From positions 15,434 to 79,433 of the forward strand of contig CAYWEM010000012.1 of assembly GCA_964457225.1 (NCBI GenBank): DNA of 64,000 nt. Direction: 5' to 3'. The notes under the pieces were generated by a model. That model searched no databases. It was not told the DNA's origin and saw only the letters and a list, made by a program, of their open reading frames with translations. The position numbers were made by a program, and so were the translations under genes. This document shows, one piece after another, positions 49,577 to 59,374 of this stretch; position 1 is the stretch's first letter, and every line of letters begins with the position of its first letter. The stretch is from an uncultured Clostridia bacterium. GTDB lineage: Bacteria > Acidobacteriota > Aminicenantia > UBA2199.

Positions 49577-50347
49577 ATGGAAGCTTTTTCCCGGCTGGAA
49601 TCACTGATGTCGATGCTGCGTGATCAACAGAAAGGCTGTCCCTGGGACCAGGCCCAGACCAGCTTATCCCTGCGCGAGTTCATTCTGGAAGAAGCTTACG
49701 AACTACTCGGGGCCATAGAAGAAAACAACCCGGGCAAAATCCGCGAAGAACTGGGAGACTTGCTGCTGCAAGTGGTTTTCATAGCCCAGATCGAAAAGGA
49801 AAAAGGTTCTTTCAGCCTGCAGGACGTGGTCAACGGACTGATCGAAAAAATAATACAGCGTCACCCCCACGTTTTCGGAGACGGAACCGTGAGCAGTGCC
49901 GCCGAAGTAAAAGTCAACTGGGAGCGTATAAAAAACCGGGACAAGTCCCGCACTTCACTGTTGTCCAGCTATCCCCAGGCCATGCCCGCCCTGTTGACCG
50001 CGCAGCGGATTGCATCACAGGCGGCTGCCGTCGGCTTCGACTGGCGGGAAGCGGAAAAAGCGCTGGAAAAAGTGGAGGAAGAAATAGCTGAACTGAAATC
50101 CGCCCTGCAGGGTGCCGGGCAGGACGAGCTGCACGAAGAGATCGGCGATCTTTTTTTCGCCCTGGCCAACGTTTCCAGGTTGCTCAAGATAAACCCTGAA
50201 CTGGCCCTGCGCGCGGCCAACGAAAAATTCAGCCGTCGCTTCCGTTACCTGGAGAGCGAACTGGTCAAAAAAGGCCTTAAAATTGAAACCGTTCCATTGG
50301 ACAGGCTGGAAGAATTATGGATTGAAGCAAAGGAACAGGGCCTTTAA
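49577..50347 (+). CDS. mazG: Nucleoside triphosphate pyrophosphohydrolase MazG
   Basis: Tandem MazG EExxE/D motifs (EEAYELLGAIEE, EEIGDLFFALAN). Start at MEAFSRLESL with GGAG RBS. Confidence 0.85.
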   Translation: MEAFSRLESLMSMLRDQQKGCPWDQAQTSLSLREFILEEAYELLGAIEENNPGKIREELGDLLLQVVFIAQIEKEKGSFSLQDVVNGLIEKIIQRHPHVFGDGTVSSAAEVKVNWERIKNRDKSRTSLLSSYPQAMPALLTAQRIASQAAAVGFDWREAEKALEKVEEEIAELKSALQGAGQDELHEEIGDLFFALANVSRLLKINPELALRAANEKFSRRFRYLESELVKKGLKIETVPLDRLEELWIEAKEQGL

Positions 50348-50352
50348 ACGCT

Positions 50353-50847
50353 TCAGTGCTCGTACTTGCCGAAATCATCCCTGGTTAAAGAAGAAAACCA
50401 GTTGTCTATCCCCTCTTCACTTGACAGGAATGCTGAAAACATTTCAGCCATCTGTGAAGATTCAACCACCAGCCGGCTGACGAACATGGGAGCCTTCTTC
50501 TTCAGGGCGATGGCCACCGCGTCGGAAGGCCGGCAATCTATAACCTTGCATTCACCGTCCTTGCAGAGATGCAGCTGGGCGAAAAAAGTGTTTTTCACCA
50601 GGTCATTTATGATTATCCGCTCAACCGTGATATGACAATCATCGAGCAGCCTGGCGATCAGGTCATGGGTCATCGGCCTCGGCGACTCCATTGATTCCAG
50701 TTCCATGGTTATGGCATTGGCCTCGAACACTCCGATCCAAATGGGCACCACCCGATCGTTGTCCTGGGGTTTCAGGATCATCACCGGGGTTTTACTGACC
50801 GGATCCATGATGAGACCGATGATATCCACTTCGACTATGTCATCCAT
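50353..50847 (-). CDS. Bifunctional-nuclease (BFN, DUF151) domain protein
   Basis: 164 aa. RPSDAVAIAL motif and the overall pattern of the BFN family. Directly downstream of mfd. Confidence 0.6.
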   Translation of the reverse strand: MDDIVEVDIIGLIMDPVSKTPVMILKPQDNDRVVPIWIGVFEANAITMELESMESPRPMTHDLIARLLDDCHITVERIIINDLVKNTFFAQLHLCKDGECKVIDCRPSDAVAIALKKKAPMFVSRLVVESSQMAEMFSAFLSSEEGIDNWFSSLTRDDFGKYEH

Positions 50848-50878
50848 GTTCCATGTATAATATCAAAAGCTTGATTTG

Positions 50879-53800
50879 TCAATTGGAATCAACCCGGTCC
50901 TGAGACTTCAACCGGGAACGTTCTCCGCCCCTCGACAAGGTTTCCAGCAGGTCCTGAAACCCGGAAAACCCTATTTCCAGGCTGCGTCCATCACGGTCAT
51001 CAGCCTGCAGCCGGTCCGGGAAAACCTCCACCCGGCTCCAGCCTCCCCCGGCGGCCCAGCAGCGGACGGCGGCCAGGCAGAATACCAGTTCCATCGACCC
51101 GGGGATGGCGCCGTAACGATCATTCACTTCAGTCCGGATCAATTCGAGTTCAGGCAGGGAATTCACCTGCAGCATCGAGCGGTAGAGCCTGATTCTTTCC
51201 CGTTCCGACGGCACGAAACCGCTGTCGATCTGCTGCTGAAAATGTACACGCAATTCGAGTTCTGTTTTGCTCTGTTCCAGGCCGCGCATGGAAGACACTG
51301 TTCTCTGCAGCATCTCCAGGTAATAATCGAAGCCCAGGGCGGCCACGTGGCCGTGCTGTCTGCTGCCGAGCAGGGCTCCGCCCCCCCTGAGCTGCAGGTC
51401 ATACCAGGCCAGTTTGTACCCGGCACCCAGCTCGGAAAACTTTCTGATTCCCTGCAGGCGCATTTCCGCGTTTTCTCCGCTCAAACCACTCTCCCGCCGC
51501 ACCAGGAAATAGGCGAAACCCTGACAATTGCCGCGCCCCACCCGACCGCGCAACTGGTAAAGCTGAGTCAGGCCGAAGCGGTCGGCGTCGATCACCACCA
51601 GGGTGTTGACTCCGGCTATATCCAGGCCGTTCTCTATGATCGTGGTGGTCAGCAGTAGCGGGCAGCGGCCCTCGATGAAGGAAGCCAGTTTCTCCTCGAT
51701 CTGAGCAGGATTCAGGCGGGCATGGACAACTGCGATTTGCGTCTCAGGCAGCCATTCAGCGACTTTGTTCCTGAAATCCAGGATAGAATCGATATCGTTG
51801 TACACCACGAACACCTTGCCGCCTCGCTGTAATTCATGACGGATCGCGCTGGTCAGCACCTGCCTTGAAAAATAGCCGACAAAATTTCTCACCGCCAGGC
51901 GGCCCAGGGGCGGCGTATCAAGCAGGGAAACATCCTGCAGGCCGGCCATGGTCATAGAGAGAGTGCGGGGGATCGGAGTCGCCGAAAGAGTTAGAACATC
52001 TACGTTTTCCCGGCCCTGCTTGAGGTTTTCCTTCTGAAACACGCCGAAACGCTGTTCTTCGTCAATTATCAGCAGTCCCAGGTCACGGAAGACCAGTTTC
52101 TTGGAGAGCAGGGCATGGGTGCCGATAACCAGGTCCACTTCCCCGGCGGCCAGTTTTTTTCGGGTCTCGGCCAGTTCAGCCGCCGAGACCATGCGCGACA
52201 TAATCGCCAGTTTGAAAGGCATGCCGGAAAATCGTTCGCTGAACGTAAGCCAGTGCTGCCGGGCCAGAATCGTTGTCGGGCAAAGCAGGGCAACCTGTCG
52301 GCCATGGGCCAGTACTCTCAGGGCGGCGCGCACGGCCACCTCGGTCTTGCCGAAACTCACGTCTCCGCACAGCAACCTGTCCATGGGGCGATCCGATTCC
52401 AGGTCCTGGAGAACATCACGAATCGCCTTCTGCTGATCGGCGGTTTCCAGGAAAGGAAAAGTCCTTTGAATCTCATCCTCGAACTCGGCTACCCGGCTGT
52501 AGGAAAACCCTTTCCTGGCCTGTCGCAGAGCGTATAACTGCAACAGTTCGCCGGCGTATTCGACCAGGCTTTTCCTTACCCGCTCCTGTTTCTGGCGCCA
52601 GCTCCTGCCGCCCAGCCGGTCCAGAACGGGATTCTGTCCTGGCAGAGCCTTGTACTTTCCGAGTTGGTCCACTTCCCACAGGGGCAGGTACAGGAATTCC
52701 CCTCTAAGGTATTCGACCTGCAGGAAATCCTGTTCTTCTCCGGCCGCCTTGATTCTGCGCAAACCCCGGAAAACGCCGATTCCGTGCCGGCGATGCACCA
52801 CTAAATCACCGTCATTGATGTCGTCCAGCCAGCGTTCGGTGCGGATTCCCGGTAAAGTGGCCGGCAATTCGCCGGAATGCCCCCAGCTTTGATAGTTGAG
52901 AAACAGGGTGGCCGTGGATTTGTTTAAAAAAGGCTGGGGAATGGGATCCGGCATTACCGCATCCAGCGATAAAAAGCGGCGCACTTTTTCGGCTTGTTCC
53001 TCGGTGGCTCCACAGAGAACGACAGCCTCATTCTCAGCGGCCGTGCGCAGTTCCTCGATTTCCTGCCGGCGCAGGGAAAGTGCCTTACCCGGCCAACGCA
53101 ATAATTCCGGCAAGGCCCGGGGGTCACTGTGCAGGGGCAGCAGGCGCAGACCAGGCCGGTCCGACCAGGGGAATGAAAACAACTCCGGCTGAAGGGCCCG
53201 CCCCCGGTTCTCTCCCGGGCTTTCCAGCCGCCTGTTCTGTATATCTTCCTGCAGGCGGTCCAATTCTTCCCGCTGACGGGCGTAATCTGAAAAAACCAAG
53301 AGGTGATCAGGCAGTAAGTCGGTCAGGAATACTTTTTCCGGCGGTTTCGGCCGACCGAAGATTTCTTCTCCTGCGGATGCCGGAAAAAACCGGGCGGGAT
53401 AAACGACAACCTGGCTGGTTTCCTCTATGGAACGCTGTGTTTCAGGATCAAACAACCTCAGGCTTACGATTCTGTCCCCGGCAAACTCGATTCTGACCGG
53501 AAAACCCAGGTTCAGGGGAAAAAGGTCCAGTACATTGCCCCGCCAGGATATTTCTCCTTTTTCGGCAACCAGGTCACAACTGCGGTAGCCCAGGCTCAGA
53601 CTGCGTTCAATCAGCTCAGGTCTGGGGAAGTCGTTTCCGGTTTTCATTTCGAGCAGTAAATCCGCATTCCCGGCTGCCGGGAACAGGGTGTTCAGGACCG
53701 GCATACTGGTGGCCACAACGGCCAGTTTTTTTTCAGATAACAGATGCAGCAGTCGTCCACGGGCGCTCAATGCTTCCAGATCTGGTTGCGACTCCAGGCC

Positions 53801-54061
53801 GGGATCAGTAAAAGGCAGGGTCAGGGTGACCGTTCCGGCGCCGGGCCGCCCAAGCAATTCCAGCCAGCGGCCTAACTCCGAATCAAGCCCTTTATGCAGT
53901 CTTTCCCTGGGCAGAAGCCAGATTATCACCCGTTCCTGGAGCAAGTGCAGTGCCGCTGCCATCAGGCTTTCGGACCACTTTTCCACACCTTCGAGAAAGC
54001 GTCCCGGGCCGGCGTTCCTCAGGGTCTGCCTGAAGGCCGGGCTTAAAACCCGCTCAATCAT
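50879..54061 (-). CDS. mfd: Transcription-repair coupling factor
   Basis: 1060 aa. UvrB-homology module, RNAP-interaction domain, and superfamily-2 helicase motifs (GDVSFGKTEVA, DEEQRFG, TATPIPRT). Confidence 0.92.
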   Translation of the reverse strand: MIERVLSPAFRQTLRNAGPGRFLEGVEKWSESLMAAALHLLQERVIIWLLPRERLHKGLDSELGRWLELLGRPGAGTVTLTLPFTDPGLESQPDLEALSARGRLLHLLSEKKLAVVATSMPVLNTLFPAAGNADLLLEMKTGNDFPRPELIERSLSLGYRSCDLVAEKGEISWRGNVLDLFPLNLGFPVRIEFAGDRIVSLRLFDPETQRSIEETSQVVVYPARFFPASAGEEIFGRPKPPEKVFLTDLLPDHLLVFSDYARQREELDRLQEDIQNRRLESPGENRGRALQPELFSFPWSDRPGLRLLPLHSDPRALPELLRWPGKALSLRRQEIEELRTAAENEAVVLCGATEEQAEKVRRFLSLDAVMPDPIPQPFLNKSTATLFLNYQSWGHSGELPATLPGIRTERWLDDINDGDLVVHRRHGIGVFRGLRRIKAAGEEQDFLQVEYLRGEFLYLPLWEVDQLGKYKALPGQNPVLDRLGGRSWRQKQERVRKSLVEYAGELLQLYALRQARKGFSYSRVAEFEDEIQRTFPFLETADQQKAIRDVLQDLESDRPMDRLLCGDVSFGKTEVAVRAALRVLAHGRQVALLCPTTILARQHWLTFSERFSGMPFKLAIMSRMVSAAELAETRKKLAAGEVDLVIGTHALLSKKLVFRDLGLLIIDEEQRFGVFQKENLKQGRENVDVLTLSATPIPRTLSMTMAGLQDVSLLDTPPLGRLAVRNFVGYFSRQVLTSAIRHELQRGGKVFVVYNDIDSILDFRNKVAEWLPETQIAVVHARLNPAQIEEKLASFIEGRCPLLLTTTIIENGLDIAGVNTLVVIDADRFGLTQLYQLRGRVGRGNCQGFAYFLVRRESGLSGENAEMRLQGIRKFSELGAGYKLAWYDLQLRGGGALLGSRQHGHVAALGFDYYLEMLQRTVSSMRGLEQSKTELELRVHFQQQIDSGFVPSERERIRLYRSMLQVNSLPELELIRTEVNDRYGAIPGSMELVFCLAAVRCWAAGGGWSRVEVFPDRLQADDRDGRSLEIGFSGFQDLLETLSRGGERSRLKSQDRVDSN

Positions 54062-54126
54062 GGATCTTTCTCATTCATTACGGGGCCGGGTTTGCTCGAA
54101 TATAGAATTTGTTGTATACTTCCGAG

Positions 54127-54285
54127 GCAATGAACGCCATAGTTCTGTCGGCAAACGGCCCGCAAAACCATTTACAGCCGGGCAACGGCATTGAAATAAA
54201 AAGGGAAACGGGGGCGGTTCGACATTTCCCGCCTGGAGCAGGCCGGAATTCCGCCGGAAAAGAAGAAAAACCCGCCCCGTTTTTC
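54127..54285 (+). ncRNA. Candidate small RNA (about 160 nt) divergent from the mfd promoter
   Basis: Plus-strand promoter TTGCTC-17-TATACT (54092-54120). Downstream long-range GC stem AACGGGGGCGG...CCGCCCCGUUUUU ending in a U-tract at 54280-54284. No plausible ORF or RBS. Confidence 0.3.
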
Positions 54286-54433
54286 GATGCCGACGGCGGC
54301 TTGCACGATGAGTACATTCCAGCTTCCCGGTCAGCCGGCGGAGCATCAGCCGGAAAAAGCGGGACAAGCCGGACCGGGTATCTTGAAACACTGTACGGTG
54401 TTAACTCAGCCAGGCCCGGGCGTTTCCTGGATA

Positions 54434-56074
54434 TCACGGTTTAAACCTGGTTCTTTCGAGCTTTTTTATAAGCTGGTGAAGTGCTTTCACCAGGCTTTCC
54501 GGTCCTTTGGATTCCAGCACGGTATTCAGCACCATGCGCAGTTCATCTACCACGAGGGTCCTGATTTCTTCAGTTCTCACCGGGCAGCGGTCCAGGAACT
54601 GAACAAATGGATTCAGGTCTTTCACAGCCGCTTTTTCAAGCATAACCAGTAAAGGAGTAATCAGTTCGGCTTCCTGGTCGCTGCTCAGTTCTGAATTCGA
54701 AAATCTGGCCGCAGCCGCGGGCAGCAACTCGGAAAGCATCGGCCAACGCGGTTTTACGGCCTGTAATGCCTCCCGAGTCAGTCGATAAACCTGGTCAGGG
54801 TCGAATTTTTCCAGGTTTTTGACCATCATCCGCCTTACGGCCGGGAACCTGGTTTTAAGGAACACTTCCCGGCAGGTATCGAAAGCGGAAGCCGCATCCC
54901 CCAGAAACAGGGTTTCAAGTAACTCGAGCTGCAGTTGTTCATCAGCCATGGTTCGCGCCAGTAATGACGATATTTCCCCCTGGTCCGGGTAGGCCCCGCG
55001 CAAGCCGCTTCTGATCCCACGTAACAACCACAGGGCTTTTTCCGGAGCGGCAGTGGAAACCAGCTTGAGAGCCTTCTCCAAACCACCTTCGCTGGCGCTC
55101 ATGATCGCCGCTATGAACTGAAGGCTGCGGCTGTTCTCCTCAGTTTCCGTCCATCCCGACAGGGTCGGAACGAATACAGCCGGATCATTCAGGGCGGTCA
55201 GCATATTGAAAAGAAATTCCTTTTCATCACCGTCCAATTCGAGGAAAAGATCATTGAGGCCGGCCAGGTCTTCAGCCATGACAGCCAGCATTATCCCCAG
55301 GCTGCGCCGCCGCCAGCCGTCAGCCTGCTCAGCCAAGGCCTGGATTTCCCGCAAGGCCCCTTCCCTGAAACGCAACGACGGCAAGTGGGCGGCCAGGACC
55401 TGTAAAAGCAATCGCAAACCTTCCCGGGACATGCTCTTGAAATGCTCGCGCAGGGCCGCCAGAAGAGGCAGTACCGCCCCGGGCCGGGGCCGTTTCCGCA
55501 GCAGCAAGGCGATGGCCGTAACCGTTTCCTCGCGGCCGTTGTCCAGGAACAGCAGCAATTCATCGACCCCGCCGTCATCCAGTTTTTTTGAGAGAAATTC
55601 AAGCGCCGGATCGTCAATGGCCGCCACCAGTCCCTGCTCAAGGCGCCGGCAGTAAAAAAGCACCGGGTTGCTCAAAGCCAGTTGTTTCAACTGGTTGTTG
55701 ATTGCAGCCGTTATCTCGGGTCGCTGCTCTCCCTGATTCAACCTTTCCAGGATGCGCAGCACCAGGGGGGATGGAATAAGCAGCAGGGACTCCAGGGCCT
55801 GCAGGGCAAGCCTGATTTTTTGTTCATCCCGGACTGATTTTTCCAGTACAGGCAGAAACTCTCTGCGGGCCAGCAGGCCCATGGCCTTGAAAAGCAGGTA
55901 TTTCAAATGAGCCGGAGTTTCAGCCGCCACAGCCAGAGCCGACATTCTGGGAAACAGATAGTCCTGGTCGCGCCCGGCGGCAGTGATGATTCTTTCCAGG
56001 AATTTCTTTTCATCGATATCGGCGTAATTGGCCAGCAGGAGCGATACTTCGGATACCAGGTTCTTATCGGTCAT
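54434..56074 (-). CDS. HEAT/ARM-repeat protein of unknown function
   Basis: 546 aa. Alpha-helical repeat composition throughout. No catalytic motifs. Confidence 0.55.
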   Translation of the reverse strand: MTDKNLVSEVSLLLANYADIDEKKFLERIITAAGRDQDYLFPRMSALAVAAETPAHLKYLLFKAMGLLARREFLPVLEKSVRDEQKIRLALQALESLLLIPSPLVLRILERLNQGEQRPEITAAINNQLKQLALSNPVLFYCRRLEQGLVAAIDDPALEFLSKKLDDGGVDELLLFLDNGREETVTAIALLLRKRPRPGAVLPLLAALREHFKSMSREGLRLLLQVLAAHLPSLRFREGALREIQALAEQADGWRRRSLGIMLAVMAEDLAGLNDLFLELDGDEKEFLFNMLTALNDPAVFVPTLSGWTETEENSRSLQFIAAIMSASEGGLEKALKLVSTAAPEKALWLLRGIRSGLRGAYPDQGEISSLLARTMADEQLQLELLETLFLGDAASAFDTCREVFLKTRFPAVRRMMVKNLEKFDPDQVYRLTREALQAVKPRWPMLSELLPAAAARFSNSELSSDQEAELITPLLVMLEKAAVKDLNPFVQFLDRCPVRTEEIRTLVVDELRMVLNTVLESKGPESLVKALHQLIKKLERTRFKP

Positions 56075-56127
56075 GCCCGTATTATACGCGATCCAGGGGT
56101 CCCCGGAGTAGTAAAAAAGACTTCATT

Positions 56128-57219
56128 TCAGGAAAATCCCAGATCAGCCGCCAGCAACCGGTGGATCCGACGGCGGATCTTGTTGAAATTCGTTTCTGGA
56201 ACCCGCGGATGCACCCGGTTGCTGAAAATCAGCCAGGTTCTGGCCCCCCGTGGTTCAATCCAGAGTGAAGTGCCGGTAAAACCGTTATGCCCGATGGCCT
56301 GTCGGTCCAGGACCCGGCCGGCGGAAGAAAGCACGGAATTCAGACGAAAACCCATGCTGCGCCGCCCCCCCGGTCCGGCTGCCCCAGCTTTCCAGAACAA
56401 ATCAAGAGTGGCGGATTTCAGCAGGGAAGCAGTCTGGGGATGGAATTCAAGGCAAAGGCGGGCCACGTCCCGCAGGGAAGAGAAGAGTCCGGCATTGCCG
56501 GATCTGCCTTCCAGGTGGAAGGAGTTCACATCGTGCACCCGGCCCTGTATCAACGTTTCGCGCCAGGCAAATTTTTTCGCGGCCGGGCCATGAGCTTTGA
56601 GGCACAGTTCTTTTTCATATGCATTGCCCTTTTCAGTGGGAGCCACCTGGTCGATGACTTTTTCCGGGACAGTGATGAATGTATCCCGCAGGCCGAGCGG
56701 GGAAAAAATCATTTCGCGGCCCAGGGTTTCCAGGTCCTGTCCGGTCGCTTTTTCCAGGATCCGGGCCAGCAGCATGTATCCGACACAGGAGTAAACTATC
56801 TTTTTCCCGGGAGCATTCTGTAATCTCAGCCCGCTGATCTGGTCGACCAGGTCTGCCCGGTACAGGTAAAAAGGGTACCAGGCCGGCAAACCGGAAACGT
56901 GCAGGAGTAAATCTTTCAGAGTGATTTCATGGCTGAATCCCGGCAGGTGTTTTTTCACCCGGTCATTCAACTGCAGTATCTTCCGCTCCAGCATGAGGGC
57001 GAATAGCATTGAGGTCAGCAGTGGTTTGGTCAGGGAGGCCAGGTCGTAAATCGTATCCAGCGACAGTTTTTGCTTATTCGGTATAAGTGAGCGCCAGCCG
57101 CAACAGCTGGAATAGATTTCTCCGTCCGCATCTCCGAGATAAATCGAAATACCGGGAACCGCCCCCAGTTGAACCAGTTCAGCCAGGTATTTATCTGTTT
57201 TCAAGGTGACGGATGGCAC
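56128..57219 (-). CDS. Serine hydrolase of the beta-lactamase/PBP (class C-like) family
   Basis: SxxK motif ASLTKP. YxN-like and later KTG-like regions. The ORF-track start (57267) overlaps the upstream gene by 77 nt, so an internal GTG (57219) or TTG (57204) start is more plausible. Confidence 0.65.
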   Translation of the reverse strand: MPSVTLKTDKYLAELVQLGAVPGISIYLGDADGEIYSSCCGWRSLIPNKQKLSLDTIYDLASLTKPLLTSMLFALMLERKILQLNDRVKKHLPGFSHEITLKDLLLHVSGLPAWYPFYLYRADLVDQISGLRLQNAPGKKIVYSCVGYMLLARILEKATGQDLETLGREMIFSPLGLRDTFITVPEKVIDQVAPTEKGNAYEKELCLKAHGPAAKKFAWRETLIQGRVHDVNSFHLEGRSGNAGLFSSLRDVARLCLEFHPQTASLLKSATLDLFWKAGAAGPGGRRSMGFRLNSVLSSAGRVLDRQAIGHNGFTGTSLWIEPRGARTWLIFSNRVHPRVPETNFNKIRRRIHRLLAADLGFS

Positions 57220-58132
57220 CGACCACCTGCAGAGCCATTTCCAGGGCCGCGGCTCCCTGGCGGTCACTGACTATTTCTCCTCCGCGACCGCGGACATAGT
57301 CGTGAAAATTGAACCACATGTTGGCCAGCGGTTCTATTTCCCTGACCCTGGGGTGGTTTTCCTGCATTTCGAGTCCATCCAGCCTGAAAACCTTGGCTGT
57401 GCGCTGGCTGTAATCCACCGAGATATATGCTTTTTCCTTGAAAAGCCTCAGGTTGCGGGTTTTTTTCTGGGATATCCGGCTGGCCGTGAGATTGGCCACC
57501 AGGCCCGAATTGAACTCGATGCGGGCATTGGCAATGTCAATTTTTCTGGAAATAACCGGCACGCCCAGGGCCCGGATTTCCCTGATTCCCGAATCATCCC
57601 ACTGGCTGATTATATCCAGGTCGTGGATCATCAGGTCAAGCACGACGTCGATATCAAGCGAACGGGGTGAAAAGGATCCCAGTCTCTGCACGTCGATGAA
57701 CACGGGATTTTCAGCCAACTCACGAATCGCCTCGATGGCCGGATTGAACCGTTCCAAATGGCCGACCGCGGCCACCAGGCCGTTGACGGCGGCCAGTTCG
57801 ATCAGCCTGCCGGCTTCATCGGGATCAGCGGCAATCGGTTTTTCAATCATCACGTGCTTGCCGGCGTTTAGAAAGAAGGAAGCCACTTCGAGATGATGAA
57901 CCGTGGGGGTAGCCACGGCCACGGCATCGACCAGAGGCAGCATTTCCTTCAGGCTGTCCAGCGGCCTGGTCTGCTGATAAGGCCGGCAGGCCTGGGCCAG
58001 CACCTCGGGATCGATATCAAGAGCGCAGGTCAGTTGAAAACGTTGATCAGAAGCCAGAACCCTCATGTGATTGCGGCCCATGACCCCGGTGCCGACAACT
58101 CCGATCCGCATTGGTTCAGTATTCATGCTCAA
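57191..58132 (-). CDS. Gfo/Idh/MocA-family NAD(P)-dependent oxidoreductase translationally coupled to lpxA (candidate UDP-GlcNAc 3-dehydrogenase, GnnA-like)
   Basis: 313 aa. Rossmann GxGxxG IGVVGTGVMG. Gfo/Idh/MocA EKP motif MIEKP. ATGA overlap with the lpxA stop. Confidence 0.6.
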   Translation of the reverse strand: MSMNTEPMRIGVVGTGVMGRNHMRVLASDQRFQLTCALDIDPEVLAQACRPYQQTRPLDSLKEMLPLVDAVAVATPTVHHLEVASFFLNAGKHVMIEKPIAADPDEAGRLIELAAVNGLVAAVGHLERFNPAIEAIRELAENPVFIDVQRLGSFSPRSLDIDVVLDLMIHDLDIISQWDDSGIREIRALGVPVISRKIDIANARIEFNSGLVANLTASRISQKKTRNLRLFKEKAYISVDYSQRTAKVFRLDGLEMQENHPRVREIEPLANMWFNFHDYVRGRGGEIVSDRQGAAALEMALQVVGAIRHLENR

Positions 58133-58938
58133 TCCCGTGCCAGGTGGCTGAAATTCTTGAGCAGGCCTCGCTTGGTTTTATTCAGGAAAGCCAGTATTAT
58201 TTCCGCCTCTTCGCGGCCGGCAAAGTCTTTTTTTATTTTTTCAACGGCCTGGCTGGTATTCAGATCTGAAAGAAAGATCAGACGGAATATCTCCTTGATG
58301 TTGTTGATGTATTCCCGGCTTAACCCGGTGCGCATCATGCCTATGGCGTTGGCGCCGTAAAAATGGAAGTCATCGCGGTTCTGGGCGATCTTTGAAAAAG
58401 GCAGCACGTCCTGCAGGACGACCGTGTATCCACCGATATAGGCGTTGCGTCCGATTCGGCAGAACTGGTGCACTGAAGAAAAGGCCCCGATTACGGCATG
58501 GTCTTCAACTTCCACGTGACCGGCCAGGGTGGCGCCGTTGATGAAAATGGTCTGGTTGCCGACCTGGCAGTCATGGGCGATATGAGAATAGGCCATGATG
58601 TAATTGCCGTTGCCGATCCTGGTGTAATGCCCGCCTTTGGCCGTGCCGCGGTTGATGGTGGTGAATTCCCTTACCACGTTGCCGTCGCCGATTTCCACGA
58701 AAGTCGGCTCACCTTTGAAAGTCACGTCCTGCGGATCGGTTCCGATGGAGGCAAAGGGAAAGACCTGGCAATCGGCACCCAGTACCACGTTGCGGTCAAT
58801 TATGGCATGGTGATCGATCCGGGTCCCCCGGCCGATGCGGACTTTTTCTCCGATTATGGCATAGGGGCCGATGGAAACGCCGTCGCTGATTTCAGCAGTC
58901 GGATCGACCACCGCGCTGGGATGAATCACTATGGCCAT
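58129..58938 (-). CDS. lpxA: Acyl-ACP--UDP-N-acetylglucosamine O-acyltransferase
   Basis: Start MAIVIHPSAVVDPTAEI. Left-handed beta-helix hexapeptide repeats. Catalytic His in AHDCQVGN. The upstream extension in the ORF track overlaps fabZ and is rejected. Confidence 0.88.
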   Translation of the reverse strand: MAIVIHPSAVVDPTAEISDGVSIGPYAIIGEKVRIGRGTRIDHHAIIDRNVVLGADCQVFPFASIGTDPQDVTFKGEPTFVEIGDGNVVREFTTINRGTAKGGHYTRIGNGNYIMAYSHIAHDCQVGNQTIFINGATLAGHVEVEDHAVIGAFSSVHQFCRIGRNAYIGGYTVVLQDVLPFSKIAQNRDDFHFYGANAIGMMRTGLSREYINNIKEIFRLIFLSDLNTSQAVEKIKKDFAGREEAEIILAFLNKTKRGLLKNFSHLARD

Positions 58939-59357
58939 TATTTGGGAACCGAACACATGAGAACAGCTTCAGCCGCCAACTGGCCCTCGACCGTGGCCCG
59001 GCCTTCCATTACCGCAAAACTGCCCCGGTCCTTGAGCACCTTGACTTCCATCTGCAGGCAGTCGCCGGGCTTTACCAGGCGCTTGAAGCGGGCCTTGTCG
59101 ATTCCGGCGAAAAAGGCCATCCGGCGTTCCTCGGGAAAACGTCTCAGCAGCAGCAGGGCTCCCATCTGGGCCATGGCTTCAATGATCAGAACTCCAGGCA
59201 TAACAGGGTTTCCTGGAAAATGACCCTGGAAAAACTGCTCGTTGCAGGTCACGTTCTTGTAACCCTTGATGCTTTCTCCGTGAACTATGTCGGTAATCCG
59301 GTCAACCAGCAGGAAGGGATAGCGGTGCGGCAGAATAGAAGTTATTTCCTCGTACAC
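58938..59357 (-). CDS. fabZ: 3-hydroxyacyl-ACP dehydratase
   Basis: 139 aa. LPHRYPFLLVDRI, HFPGNPVMPGVLIIEAMAQ. Confidence 0.92.
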   Translation of the reverse strand: MYEEITSILPHRYPFLLVDRITDIVHGESIKGYKNVTCNEQFFQGHFPGNPVMPGVLIIEAMAQMGALLLLRRFPEERRMAFFAGIDKARFKRLVKPGDCLQMEVKVLKDRGSFAVMEGRATVEGQLAAEAVLMCSVPK

Positions 59358-59374
59358 TTCCCCGGCCCGTTCCC

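Noticed and set aside
54109-54444. 111-aa plus-strand ORF between mfd and the HEAT-repeat gene
   Set aside because: It starts at TTG without an RBS and has low-complexity Gly/Ala/Pro-rich content. It runs through a terminator-like hairpin plus U-tract. The region is better explained as non-coding, a candidate sRNA.
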